Virus record (IMG/VR): IMGVR_UViG_2778261507_000009
Location: 1 to 47,224 of that record
Source of the DNA: a virus
Taxonomy: Duplodnaviria; Heunggongvirae; Uroviricota; Caudoviricetes
Length of the DNA stretch: 47,224 bases
Strand: one strand, 5' to 3'
In this document: one piece after another, positions 8,829 through 18,530 of the stretch
Numbering within the stretch: position 1 is the first letter of the stretch
Layout of the letters: every line of letters begins with the position of its first letter
Position numbers and translations under genes: made by a program
Notes under the pieces: generated by a model
Databases searched by the model: none
The model's input: only the letters and a program-made list of their open reading frames with translations
What the model was told of the DNA's origin: nothing

Positions 8829-9686
8829 TTAAGCGAAGCACAGTCCAGAATCGCAGAATTGTATAAGATCCATTTGTGCATTTTTACCACCACTAGGTGT
8901 TAGTGGTGCCTCAGATAGTGGAACACCATATTTAGTAAGCCACAAATGAGGCCACTTCATTTGTATCTCTTTTTCATGCTGACATGCTCTTTCAAAATCA
9001 GATGGGACGTTATTTTTCATATAAAGCCACAGATCATCATCTCTGTTAGGGCACATCCAGCAAAGCGAGGCAGGTGGTGTAGGAAGACCATAATCCTCGA
9101 CACATTGAATTGCCATCTGTTTAGTCATTAGCATTTCAATAAGTGGATAGCGCCTCTGCCACTTGCCAGTTGGGTATTTCGCTCTTCGTTTAGCCTCTTC
9201 AATGCTTATCCCCATCCAACTATCCACTCCTCTTGCTGTAAGATACTTCTCTCCATATCTTTCATTTAAAAATCTCTGAATAACTTCAGTTTTCCACTTT
9301 ATAGAACAAAATGCTGGTTGCTTTCCAGCGCACATTCCTTTTGAATCCCTTCCCTCATATTCTGTGAAATATCCAGGTAGAGGAACGTCTGGATCAGGCC
9401 CATCAATGTCGTAGGTAGCAAATCTACTTTTAGGAACAATCAGGTAATCAACACCCATATCTTCACAAATAGGAGCTATATATTTTTTCTGATATTCAAA
9501 TACATTACTTGCCTCACGTTCTGTATCTGACATAACGATAATGTCAGGCTTTGGAAGAACGCCAGCATGTACTAAGCAGATTATTGCGTTACTTTGAGTC
9601 CCACCACCGGAAGAAATAACATTTAGTCTTTCTGGATTATGCTTGAATTCTCTTCTTGGTATGAATTTACTTGTAAATCCTGGCAT
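8829..9686 (-). CDS. PAPS reductase-like PP-loop ATP pyrophosphatase family protein
   Basis: 285-aa ORF; SGGGTQS PP-loop near N-terminus and Cys-rich C-terminal region. Confidence 0.6.
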   Translation of the reverse strand: MPGFTSKFIPRREFKHNPERLNVISSGGGTQSNAIICLVHAGVLPKPDIIVMSDTEREASNVFEYQKKYIAPICEDMGVDYLIVPKSRFATYDIDGPDPDVPLPGYFTEYEGRDSKGMCAGKQPAFCSIKWKTEVIQRFLNERYGEKYLTARGVDSWMGISIEEAKRRAKYPTGKWQRRYPLIEMLMTKQMAIQCVEDYGLPTPPASLCWMCPNRDDDLWLYMKNNVPSDFERACQHEKEIQMKWPHLWLTKYGVPLSEAPLTPSGGKNAQMDLIQFCDSGLCFA

Positions 9687-9687
9687 G

Positions 9688-9819
9688 TTATCTCCTTGTC
9701 TTTACAATTTGATAATCCTGACCTGTTTGTTTTGCGTATTGCTCAGCCTGTTCTTTTGTTTTGAAAGAGTTTCCGCAAACCCATCTACCGCAACTTCTGT
9801 ATTGAATTTGGTAGCTCAT
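9688..9819 (-). CDS. Small hypothetical protein upstream of the PAPS reductase-like gene
   Basis: 43-aa ORF with GAGGGG RBS; stop 1 nt before the next start. Confidence 0.35.
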   Translation of the reverse strand: MSYQIQYRSCGRWVCGNSFKTKEQAEQYAKQTGQDYQIVKTRR

Positions 9820-9822
9820 ATC

Positions 9823-10128
9823 TCACCCCTCATACAGTGGTTTGCTGCCTAATTTCATTTTCTGGCGACCAACACAAGTCACACCCATTTCACTGCGTGG
9901 CTTGCGGTAGTAAATACGGTTCTGTTTACGCTCGACTTCTTCTGCCTTCTTGCAGCGAAGGCTTCCGAGTGATGCTGCTTTATCTGCTCTGACGCAACCA
10001 GAGAGCTTTAGCGCAATTTTTCGCGCCAGTCGCTGCTCTTGCATTGCCTGTTCACGTTGAGCCTGTCTGCGTGCTCTGCGGCGATTTCTGGCGTTATCGT
10101 CAGCCAGATATGTAATGACTACTGTCAT
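9823..10128 (-). CDS. N: N-type transcription antiterminator (non-lambda specificity)
   Basis: 101-aa ORF first gene after pL; arginine-rich motif NARNRRRARRQAQREQ; GGAGG RBS. Confidence 0.6.
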   Translation of the reverse strand: MTVVITYLADDNARNRRRARRQAQREQAMQEQRLARKIALKLSGCVRADKAASLGSLRCKKAEEVERKQNRIYYRKPRSEMGVTCVGRQKMKLGSKPLYEG

Positions 10129-10236
10129 GTTGACCTCCGATGATTGACTTTGGCGGTGACGCGCCGGGTGCTTATCTTCCGGTTGCCGTCGTGCAGCTGC
10201 ACTTCACGTCACCCCAAAGCCAACTACTCTTTGGTT

Positions 10237-10280
10237 CCCGCATTTCGGCGGGACAATCCCATCAATGTTAAAGAGCCTGC
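10237..10280 (-). promoter_or_regulatory. nutL-like site (boxA GCTCTTTAA and boxB hairpin CCCGC-CGAAAU-GCGGG)
   Basis: boxA-like then hairpin on minus strand between pL and N; same boxB recurs at nutR. Confidence 0.45.
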
Positions 10281-10319
10281 CAATCTGTTCCGTTTGGCTA
10301 CCAGCTTCCTGCTGATGTG

Positions 10320-10385
10320 TTTAGTATCACCGCTAGTGGTATTTATGTCAACACCGCCAGAGATAATTTATCACCGCAGATGGTT
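10320..10385 (-). promoter_or_regulatory. pL promoter with OL1-OL2-OL3 operators (lambda type)
   Basis: Three 17-bp operators; -35 TTGACA and -10 GATACT on minus strand. Confidence 0.75.
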
Positions 10386-10530
10386 ATCTGTATGTTTTTT
10401 ATATATATTTATTTTTTGCCGGGGTGTGTTGCTGGGGGGATCGAGAGATCAGAATTGCGATGTTTAGTGAGTTGTATCTATTTATTTTTCAATAAATACA
10501 ATTGATTATGTTTTTTAGGTGGACGATCGT

Positions 10531-10561
10531 GAGGCAAAGAAAACCCGGCGCTGAGGCCGGG
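10531..10561 (-). terminator. Intrinsic terminator ending the cI immunity transcript (t-imm-like)
   Basis: 6-bp GC stem CCCGGC/GCCGGG followed by T-run on minus strand, 8 nt after the stop of 10569..11441. Confidence 0.55.
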
Positions 10562-10568
10562 TTGTATA

Positions 10569-11441
10569 TTATTTAATTTCTTTTTCCGGTAAATACATTG
10601 TCATTTGAACAGGTTTCTTTCCATAGTGTTGAGCAACTCGACTTCTTAGCTCATGCATGGTGTCGCATGTTTTTGCGACCCCAATAACCTCCCAGCACCT
10701 TGATACAAGCTGCCTTACACCTAGGTTCTCGGTTAACTGTCTATGCCAGTGAACTCCTGCCGCAGGCTTGTTTTCTTTAAGATATTTAGCCACATCTTCG
10801 TCAAGAGTGTCATAAATTAACTCTATAACTAATTTCCCCCACCATTTGGGCCTTGATTGCAATGGGGTACTCCATCCTGTCAATCTACCAAATTCTTCCC
10901 ATAACTCATCAGGAAATGTTTTTTCCCATGCTCTTAGTTCCTCAGCGATGAACGCCCTGAGTTTTACTTGGAGAGCATCCTCTGCGCGCTCATACTGATA
11001 CCCAGTAGCCTCATCAATTAGAGCATCTAACCCAGTCCTGGTTAAACCTGCTGTTAATACAGCACATTTAATTGCTATTTCTCGCTGTCTATCTGTCAAT
11101 GGCGCGCCTTTGTATAGCGCCTGTACATAGCCGCGACAAATCAATTCAAATTGCTCAGTCTTAAGTCCTTGGCTCTTAAATTGGGTTCCTGGTATGGAAA
11201 ACTCTATGAGTTCGGCCAGGACTAAGTCTTTGTCTATAAAGCCATTAAGTGAGCTAACGCCAATAAATTTAGCCAGGTCTCCTGACTCCGCATTGGCAAT
11301 TGCTTTTACAGTTGCTCGCAAAGCTATAACACGATGTCCAGTGTCAAGCACATAGCAATCAATACTTTCACCACCTAAGTCGATCTTCCCCTTCCATTTT
11401 GCGAATGGGGATGGTAATTGCTGTAAATCATCATGTTCCAT
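10569..11441 (-). CDS. Unknown protein co-transcribed with cI, occupying the rexA-rexB slot
   Basis: 290-aa ORF starting 31 nt downstream of cI stop on the same strand; no recognisable motifs; alternative upstream start at 11537 would overlap cI. Confidence 0.55.
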   Translation of the reverse strand: MEHDDLQQLPSPFAKWKGKIDLGGESIDCYVLDTGHRVIALRATVKAIANAESGDLAKFIGVSSLNGFIDKDLVLAELIEFSIPGTQFKSQGLKTEQFELICRGYVQALYKGAPLTDRQREIAIKCAVLTAGLTRTGLDALIDEATGYQYERAEDALQVKLRAFIAEELRAWEKTFPDELWEEFGRLTGWSTPLQSRPKWWGKLVIELIYDTLDEDVAKYLKENKPAAGVHWHRQLTENLGVRQLVSRCWEVIGVAKTCDTMHELRSRVAQHYGKKPVQMTMYLPEKEIK

Positions 11442-11472
11442 TAATTGAATTACCCTTTTTTGCTGCGTTGAA

Positions 11473-12189
<717 letters not shown>

Positions 12190-12196
12190 TTAAATC

Positions 12197-12260
12197 TATC
12201 ACCGCAGGGGATAAATATCTAACACCGTGCGTGTTGACTATTTTACCTCTAGCGGTGATA
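12197..12260. promoter_or_regulatory. OR3-OR2-OR1 operators with divergent pRM/pR promoters
   Basis: Three 17-bp lambda-type operators between cI and cro. Confidence 0.8.
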
Positions 12261-12277
12261 ATGGTTGCATGTACTAA

Positions 12278-12487
<210 letters not shown>

Positions 12488-12494
12488 GTAACAC

Positions 12495-12537
12495 CGCTCT
12501 TTAACAGTCATGGTCCTCATTCCCGCCGAAATGCGGG
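12495..12537 (+). promoter_or_regulatory. nutR-like site (boxA CGCTCTTTAA, boxB CCCGCCGAAATGCGGG)
   Basis: Same boxB hairpin as nutL, between cro and cII. Confidence 0.45.
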
Positions 12538-12596
12538 AATACAACGCGCATAAGTTGATGCGCATAACTTCTTATTTGTTAAGGAAATACTTACAT

Positions 12597-12890
12597 ATGG
12601 TTCGTGCAAACAAACGCAACGAGGCTCTACGAATCGAGAGTGCGTTGCTTAACAAAATCGCAATGCTTGGAACTGAGAAGACAGCGGAAGCTGTGGGAGT
12701 TGATAAGTCGCAGATCAGCAGGTGGAAGAGGGACTGGATTCCAAAGTTCTCAATGCTGCTTGCTGTTCTTGAATGGGGCGTCGTTGACGACGATATGGCT
12801 CGATTGGCACGACAAGTTGCTTCGATTCTCACCAATAAAAAACGCCCGGCGGCAACCGAGCGTTCTGAACAAATCCAGATGGAGTTTTAA
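12597..12890 (+). CDS. cII: CII transcriptional activator
   Basis: 97-aa ORF from MVRANKRNEALRIESALL matching lambda CII as recalled. Confidence 0.85.
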   Translation: MVRANKRNEALRIESALLNKIAMLGTEKTAEAVGVDKSQISRWKRDWIPKFSMLLAVLEWGVVDDDMARLARQVASILTNKKRPAATERSEQIQMEF

Positions 12891-12912
12891 CAACATCTAA
12901 CGAGGTAATTAT

Positions 12913-13053
12913 ATGCGAAAAACGCAGGAAAATAAACGCGTTAATCACCGAAAAGATGTGCTACGTGACCAGTTTTATCAGGGGGTTAATCCAGCAATAG
13001 CTGTGCCACTGAGAGAAATACTTAACAGGTACAAAACTTCGGAGAAGTCAAAA
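12913..13053 (+). CDS. Small hypothetical basic protein
   Basis: 46-aa ORF with GAGG RBS, stop overlapping next start. Confidence 0.3.
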
Positions 13054-13784
13054 TGAGCATGAATCTTATGGCTAAGGCCATGAATATAAAGGTTGGCAAC
13101 CCACTGAGAAAACTGGTTCTGATTAAACTTGCCGATAACGCCAATGATAATGGCGAATGCTGGCCTTCATATCAACATGTCGCTGACCAGTGTGAGGTGA
13201 GCAGATCGACAGTAAAAAGTCACATTAGGGCACTGGAAGAGATGGGGCTTTTGAAAAGGGAATTCAGAAGAAAAGGAGAGCTTAACCAGTCAAACGTTTT
13301 TTATCTGACGCTGGATAATGCACAACAAATCCAACCAGAATCAGGTGGGGCAGGAGCTGCCCCCAGAACCTATCACTCTTTTGAACCAGTCAATGAACCT
13401 AAAAACATTATGTTCGAACATGTCCGAACAGAGTGTGAAAAAACTCCTGACCGTCACGAAGAAACCGACAAGGCATTCGAGGAAATATTCTGGTGTGCAG
13501 GCATGCGGAAAGCCGGGAAGAAAAACGCAGCTTCGGCATTCAGAACACAGTTCAGGGAATGGCGTAAAACTACCATGGGTACGGCAAGCGAGTTTGCCAC
13601 GATGCTGGCAGAAGACATCGCATGCAGGAATGGTAAGCAGTTCGGATTCGACAGGTTGTTACCATCGAGCTACCTGAACGGTCAACGCTGGAACGACGAG
13701 AAGCCAGAAACTATTCAACCACAATCCAAACCATCATCCGCAATCACCGTATCGAAAACTGGCTACGTGTTTTTCGACAGGTGA
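13053..13784 (+). CDS. Putative replication initiation protein (winged-helix/HTH)
   Basis: 243-aa ORF with HTH-like segment; positioned directly upstream of the primase-helicase. Confidence 0.5.
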   Translation: MSMNLMAKAMNIKVGNPLRKLVLIKLADNANDNGECWPSYQHVADQCEVSRSTVKSHIRALEEMGLLKREFRRKGELNQSNVFYLTLDNAQQIQPESGGAGAAPRTYHSFEPVNEPKNIMFEHVRTECEKTPDRHEETDKAFEEIFWCAGMRKAGKKNAASAFRTQFREWRKTTMGTASEFATMLAEDIACRNGKQFGFDRLLPSSYLNGQRWNDEKPETIQPQSKPSSAITVSKTGYVFFDR

Positions 13785-13891
13785 ACCATGAAATCAAAAA
13801 TCAAATCGCTACTGGTCGCTGGTTATAACCACGGCTGGTTAAGTATTTCATTTGTCGATTTCTGGTTTAAAAATCTCAATCTGAGGGAGTC

Positions 13892-15772
13892 ATGACGCCA
13901 AGTGAACTTAGCGACCTGCTTTGGGCGCAGGTTGACAGGGTGGCTCCGCACCTGTTGCCAAACGGCAAGAAAGAGGGGCATGAGTGGGTTGCCGGTAACG
14001 TCAACGGTGACAAGGGAAACAGCCTTAAGGTCAATCTTAGCGGCAAGAAAAAATGGGCTGATTTCGCTGAGGGAGACGGCGGTGACATGCTTGATTTGTG
14101 GATGGCATGTCGTGGAATTAACCTGCATCAGGCTATGCAGGAAGCGAAAGCATTTCTCGGTATCAAGGATGACGATCACCATTTCGATGCCAAACGTGAG
14201 AAGAAATTCTCCAGACCTGATCGCAAGAAAATAGCCCGCTACGTTACCAGAACAGAATCCCATCTTGAGTACCTGCAATCGCGTGGCATATCGCCAGAAG
14301 TCGTAAAGCGCTACGAGGTTGTCAGCGGCAAGGTGTGGAATGGAGAACGAGAACTTGATGCACTGGTGCTTCCGTACAAACGCGATGGTGAGTTGTTGCA
14401 GGTCAAGCGAATCAGCACTGAGCGCCCGGACGGGAAGAAAGTCATTATGGCAGAAGGTGATTGTGAACCTTGTCTGTTCGGATGGCAGGCTCTGGACGCT
14501 GGCGTGAGGGCGGTTGTGCTTTGCGAAGGCGAAATTGATTGTATGAGCTATACGCAATACGGCATCTCGGCGTTATCCGTGCCGTTTGGTGGAGGAAAAG
14601 GCGCTAAGCAACAGTGGATTGAGTTTGAGTATCACAACCTCGACAGGTTTGAGGAAATATTCATCTCGATGGACGTTGATGATGTTGGTCGTGAAGCCGC
14701 AAGGGAAATCGCAAGCCGACTCGGTGAACATCGTTGCCGTCTTGTTACTCTGCCGTACAAAGACATCAACGAATGCCTGATGAACGGTGTTACCGAGGAT
14801 GAAATCTGGCAGTACATCGGCACGGCATCCTACTTCGACCCTGAAGAACTCTACAGCGCGCGAGAGTTTTACCAGGACACTATCAACGCTTTCTACGGCA
14901 AGCAGCAGTATCTGTTTAATCCACCGTGGGAATCTCTGGCAGATAAATTCCAGTTCCGTGAGGCAGAGTTGACGCTGGTCAATGGTGTGAACGGTCACGG
15001 AAAAACGGAGGTTGTCGGGCATATGGCACTTGAGGCAATGCGTCAGGGTGTGAAGACGTGCATCGCGTCACTTGAGCTGAAGCCTGGTATTCTCCTTAAG
15101 CGACTTACCCGTCAGGCAACGTGCTGCAAGATGCCGCCAGTGCTGGAAATTGACTCTGCATTTAAATTTTATGACGAAAGACTTTGGGTGTTTGGCCTGA
15201 CCGGAACGGCGAAAGCCGACAGGCTGATCGAAATATTCGACTACGCTCGCCGCCGATACGGGATCCAGTTATTCATCATCGACAGCCTGATGAAATGTGG
15301 CATAGGCGACGATGACTATAACGGGCAGAAGGCGTTTGTTGACTCGATTTGCGACTTCAAAAACAAAACAAACTCCCACGTCATTCTCGTTACTCACTCG
15401 CGAAAAGGAGACAGCGAAGAAAAACCAACCGGGAAAATGGACGTAAAAGGCTCTGGAGCGATAACAGACCTGACAGACAACCTTTTCATCATCTGGCGTA
15501 ACAAGGCTCGCGAGAGAGCGTTACAGAGAGTTCAGAGTGGTGAAAAGATGTCAGAGAAGGACGAACAGCTACTGGCGTCTCCGGCATCTGTTTTGATGCT
15601 TGAAAAACAACGTAACGGCGAAGGTTGGGAAGGTGGTGTCCCGTTGTTCCTTGACGAGCAATCGCACCAGTTCCTGCAACTTGAATCAGGATCGCCATAT
15701 AGCTACATCGCCAATATGCCGAAATCGGAATATGACGAGGCGTGGCGACAGGAAAACGTGACGGAGTATTAA
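13892..15772 (+). CDS. Bifunctional DNA primase (Toprim) / replicative helicase
   Basis: 626-aa ORF; Toprim-like acidic motif and Walker A GVNGHGKT with downstream Walker B-like DSL. Confidence 0.7.
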   Translation: MTPSELSDLLWAQVDRVAPHLLPNGKKEGHEWVAGNVNGDKGNSLKVNLSGKKKWADFAEGDGGDMLDLWMACRGINLHQAMQEAKAFLGIKDDDHHFDAKREKKFSRPDRKKIARYVTRTESHLEYLQSRGISPEVVKRYEVVSGKVWNGERELDALVLPYKRDGELLQVKRISTERPDGKKVIMAEGDCEPCLFGWQALDAGVRAVVLCEGEIDCMSYTQYGISALSVPFGGGKGAKQQWIEFEYHNLDRFEEIFISMDVDDVGREAAREIASRLGEHRCRLVTLPYKDINECLMNGVTEDEIWQYIGTASYFDPEELYSAREFYQDTINAFYGKQQYLFNPPWESLADKFQFREAELTLVNGVNGHGKTEVVGHMALEAMRQGVKTCIASLELKPGILLKRLTRQATCCKMPPVLEIDSAFKFYDERLWVFGLTGTAKADRLIEIFDYARRRYGIQLFIIDSLMKCGIGDDDYNGQKAFVDSICDFKNKTNSHVILVTHSRKGDSEEKPTGKMDVKGSGAITDLTDNLFIIWRNKARERALQRVQSGEKMSEKDEQLLASPASVLMLEKQRNGEGWEGGVPLFLDEQSHQFLQLESGSPYSYIANMPKSEYDEAWRQENVTEY

Positions 15773-15801
15773 ATGACCATCTACATCACTGAGCTAATAA
15801 C

Positions 15802-15833
15802 AGGCCTGCTGGTAATCGCAGGCCTTTTTATTT
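15802..15833 (+). terminator. Intrinsic terminator after replication genes (tR2-like position)
   Basis: 8-bp stem AGGCCTGC/GCAGGCCT followed by TTTTTATTT. Confidence 0.6.
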
Positions 15834-15849
15834 GGGGGAGAGGGAAGTC

Positions 15850-16290
15850 ATGAAAAAACTAACCTTTGAAATTCGATCTCCAGCACATCAGCAAAACGCT
15901 ATTCACGCAGTACAGCAAATCCTTCCAGACCCAACCAAACCAATCGTAGTAACCATTCAGGAACGCAACCGCAGCTTAGACCAGAATAGAAAGCTTTGGG
16001 CTTGCCTTGGTGACGTCTCTCGTCAGGTTGAATGGCATGGTCGCTGGCTGGATGCAGAAAGCTGGAAGTGTGTGTTTACCGCAGCATTAAAGCAGCAGGA
16101 TGTTGTTCCTAACCTTGCAGGGAATGGCTTTGTGGTAATAGGCCAGTCAACAAGCAGGATGCGTGTAAGCGAATTTGCGGAGCTATTAGAGCTTATACAG
16201 GCATTCGGTACAGAGCGTGGCGTTAAGTGGTCAGACGAAGCTCGACTGGCTCTCGAATGGAAAGCGCGATGGGGAGATCGGGCAGCATGA
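15850..16290 (+). CDS. ninB: NinB recombination protein
   Basis: 146-aa ORF from MKKLTFEIRSPAHQQNAIHAVQQ matching lambda NinB as recalled. Confidence 0.85.
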   Translation: MKKLTFEIRSPAHQQNAIHAVQQILPDPTKPIVVTIQERNRSLDQNRKLWACLGDVSRQVEWHGRWLDAESWKCVFTAALKQQDVVPNLAGNGFVVIGQSTSRMRVSEFAELLELIQAFGTERGVKWSDEARLALEWKARWGDRAA

Positions 16291-16814
16291 CTATCAAATC
16301 AAATACGCCAGCACACGACAAGGACTGCTGGCAAACGCCGCTTTGGCTTTTTGATGCACTGGATATTGAGTTTGGATTCTGGCTGGATTCGGCAGCGAGC
16401 GACAAAAATGCTCTGTGTGCTCACTGGCTAACTGAGGCCGACGACGCGCTAAATTCTGAGTGGATAAGCCACGGGGCAATCTGGAATAACCCACCGTACA
16501 GCAATATCAGGCCGTGGGTGGAAAAAGCCGCTGAGCAGTGCATACAACAGCGACAGACGGTAGTTATGCTTGTGCCAGAGGATATGTCAGTCGGATGGTT
16601 CAGCAAGGCTCTGGAGAGTGTCGACGAAGTTCGCATTATCACTGATGGACGGATTAATTTTATCGAACCATCGACAGGGCTGGAGAAGAAGGGAAACAGC
16701 AAAGGCTCCATGCTGCTGATTTGGCGACCGTTCATCAGTCCTCGACGGATGTTTACTACCGTATCAAAAGCGGCATTGATGGCGATCGGGCAGGGCGTCA
16801 GGAGGGCGGCATGA
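16287..16814 (+). CDS. DNA N6-adenine methyltransferase (phage Dam-like)
   Basis: 176-aa ORF with NPPY catalytic motif; ATGA overlap with ninB stop. Confidence 0.7.
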   Translation: MTIKSNTPAHDKDCWQTPLWLFDALDIEFGFWLDSAASDKNALCAHWLTEADDALNSEWISHGAIWNNPPYSNIRPWVEKAAEQCIQQRQTVVMLVPEDMSVGWFSKALESVDEVRIITDGRINFIEPSTGLEKKGNSKGSMLLIWRPFISPRRMFTTVSKAALMAIGQGVRRAA

Positions 16815-16987
16815 GACGACAGCGACGAAGTATCACCGACATAATCTGTGAAAACTGCAAATACCTTCCAACGAAACGCTCCAGAAATAAACGCAAGCCA
16901 ATCCCAAAAGAATCTGACGTAAAAACATTCAACTACACGGCTCACCTGTGGGATATCCGGTGGCTAAGACATCGTGCGAGGAAATGA
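16811..16987 (+). CDS. ninE: NinE protein
   Basis: 58-aa [22 protein letters not shown] matching lambda NinE as recalled. Confidence 0.7.
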   Translation: MRRQRRSITDIICENCKYLPTKRSRNKRKPIPKESDVKTFNYTAHLWDIRWLRHRARK

Positions 16988-17349
16988 CAATGGATTATTC
17001 ACAGTTAAGTGATTTTGAAATTAACGTGGCGGTATTCGAAGCCATTCATAACGGATCACCGGATTACAAAGAAGGTGAGAATGGCGATATGGTGTTTGTC
17101 TCATTTGAGGGAGACATTGTAAACGGAGACGCAGTTGAAGTAGAAGTTGAGCGCGGATCCTTTAACCCATGCGCAAACCCAGCAGACTCATGGCCGATTA
17201 TTGAAAAATACAGGATTAGCATTATCAATCTCGATGAAGACGAGTGGGGTGCACGCGGTGTGGCCTACTGTAAATCTAAGCGAGCTATACATGAAAATCC
17301 CCTTCGCGCCGCCATGATTGTCTTTCTCATGATGCAGAGAATCCAATAA
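16984..17349 (+). CDS. Hypothetical nin-region protein
   Basis: 121-aa acidic ORF, coupled start and stop. Confidence 0.45.
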   Translation: MTMDYSQLSDFEINVAVFEAIHNGSPDYKEGENGDMVFVSFEGDIVNGDAVEVEVERGSFNPCANPADSWPIIEKYRISIINLDEDEWGARGVAYCKSKRAIHENPLRAAMIVFLMMQRIQ

Positions 17350-17525
17350 TGCTTAGCCCATCCCAATCCCTTCAATACCAGAAAGAAAGCGTCGAGCGAG
17401 CTTTAACGTGCGCTAACTGCGGTCAGAAGCTGCATGTGCTGGAAGTTCACGTGTGCTCCGATTGCTGCGCAGAACTGATGAGCGATCCGAATAGCTCAAT
17501 GTACGAGGAAGAAGACGATGAGTGA
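17349..17525 (+). CDS. ninF: NinF protein
   Basis: 58-aa [29 protein letters not shown] matching lambda NinF as recalled. Confidence 0.7.
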   Translation: MLSPSQSLQYQKESVERALTCANCGQKLHVLEVHVCSDCCAELMSDPNSSMYEEEDDE

Positions 17526-18240
17526 GTTAATAAATGGCAATGCCATCAAAATGACAAGCATTGAAATCGCTGAGTTGGTGGGAAGTCGTCATGACAAGGT
17601 GAAACAATCTATTGAACGACTGGCGGCTCGAGGCGTGATCCGAAATCCCCCAATGGTGGTTTTCGAAAAAATCAATAACTTAGGATTACTTCGTGGCGTA
17701 GAGGCTTACGTTTTTGAGGGCGAACAAGGTAAGCGAGACAGCATTATTGTCGTCGCTCAGTTGTCGCCGGAATTCACCGCTCGTCTTGTTGACCGTTGGC
17801 GAGAGCTTGAAGAAACTGCGGTTAATATCCCAAAAACGCTACCAGAAGCGTTGCGCCTTGCTGCTGATCTTGCTGAGCAGAAAATGCAACTGGAAAACCA
17901 GCTCGCAATTGCCGCACCTAAAGTTGAGTTTGCCGATCGCGTTGGCGAGGCCAGCGGAATTTTGATTGGAAACTTTGCAAAGGTTGTCGGTATTGGTCCA
18001 AACAAACTGTTTGCGTGGATGCGCGATCACAAAATCCTTATTGCTTCAGGTTCCCGGCGCAATGTGCCAATGCAGGAATATATGGATCGCGGCTATTTCA
18101 CAGTGAAAGAAACAGCGGTCAATACAAATCACGGAATACAGATATCGTTCACCACAAAAATCACCGGGCGTGGTCAACAGTGGCTGACCAGAAAGCTGCT
18201 CGATAACGGAATGCTGAAAGTAACAGGGGAGGCTGCTTAA
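17518..18240 (+). CDS. Phage regulatory protein Rha / KilA-C antirepressor family
   Basis: 240-aa ORF; N-terminus MTSIEIAELVGSRHDKV typical of Rha family, C-terminal KilAC-like region. Confidence 0.6.
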   Translation: MSELINGNAIKMTSIEIAELVGSRHDKVKQSIERLAARGVIRNPPMVVFEKINNLGLLRGVEAYVFEGEQGKRDSIIVVAQLSPEFTARLVDRWRELEETAVNIPKTLPEALRLAADLAEQKMQLENQLAIAAPKVEFADRVGEASGILIGNFAKVVGIGPNKLFAWMRDHKILIASGSRRNVPMQEYMDRGYFTVKETAVNTNHGIQISFTTKITGRGQQWLTRKLLDNGMLKVTGEAA

Positions 18241-18530
18241 TGGCTAACCTACGCAAAGAAGCGCGCGGCAGAGAATGCCAGGTACGTATTTACGGCGTAT
18301 GCAATGGCAATCCTGAAACTACAGTTCTGGCACATTACCGGATGGCTGGAATTTGCGGAACTGGAATGAAGCCTGACGACCTGATCGGCGCATGGGCTTG
18401 TAGCGCGTGTCACGATGAAATCGACCGACGCACCCATAACCTCGACAACAAAGACGCCAGACTTTACCACCTCGAAGGCGTGATCAGGACGCAGGCGATA
18501 CTGCTGAAGGAGGGGAAGATTAAGTCATGA
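18240..18530 (+). CDS. Hypothetical nin-region protein (DUF1364/YbcO-like, Cys-His rich)
   Basis: 96-aa ORF with conserved Cys/His; recalled similarity to DLP12 YbcO. Confidence 0.45.
   Translation: MANLRKEARGRECQVRIYGVCNGNPETTVLAHYRMAGICGTGMKPDDLIGAWACSACHDEIDRRTHNLDNKDARLYHLEGVIRTQAILLKEGKIKS

Noticed and set aside
8693-8893. 66-aa minus-strand ORF overlapping the 3' end of the PAPS-reductase-like gene
   Set aside because: No ATG downstream of the overlapping gene's stop and an AT-rich composition; could be a small gene with a non-ATG start but is not supported well enough to call.
13823-14557. 244-aa minus-strand ORF
   Set aside because: Lies entirely antisense within the primase-helicase gene, which has clear motifs and an RBS; no RBS or homology of its own. 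Treated as a spurious frame.
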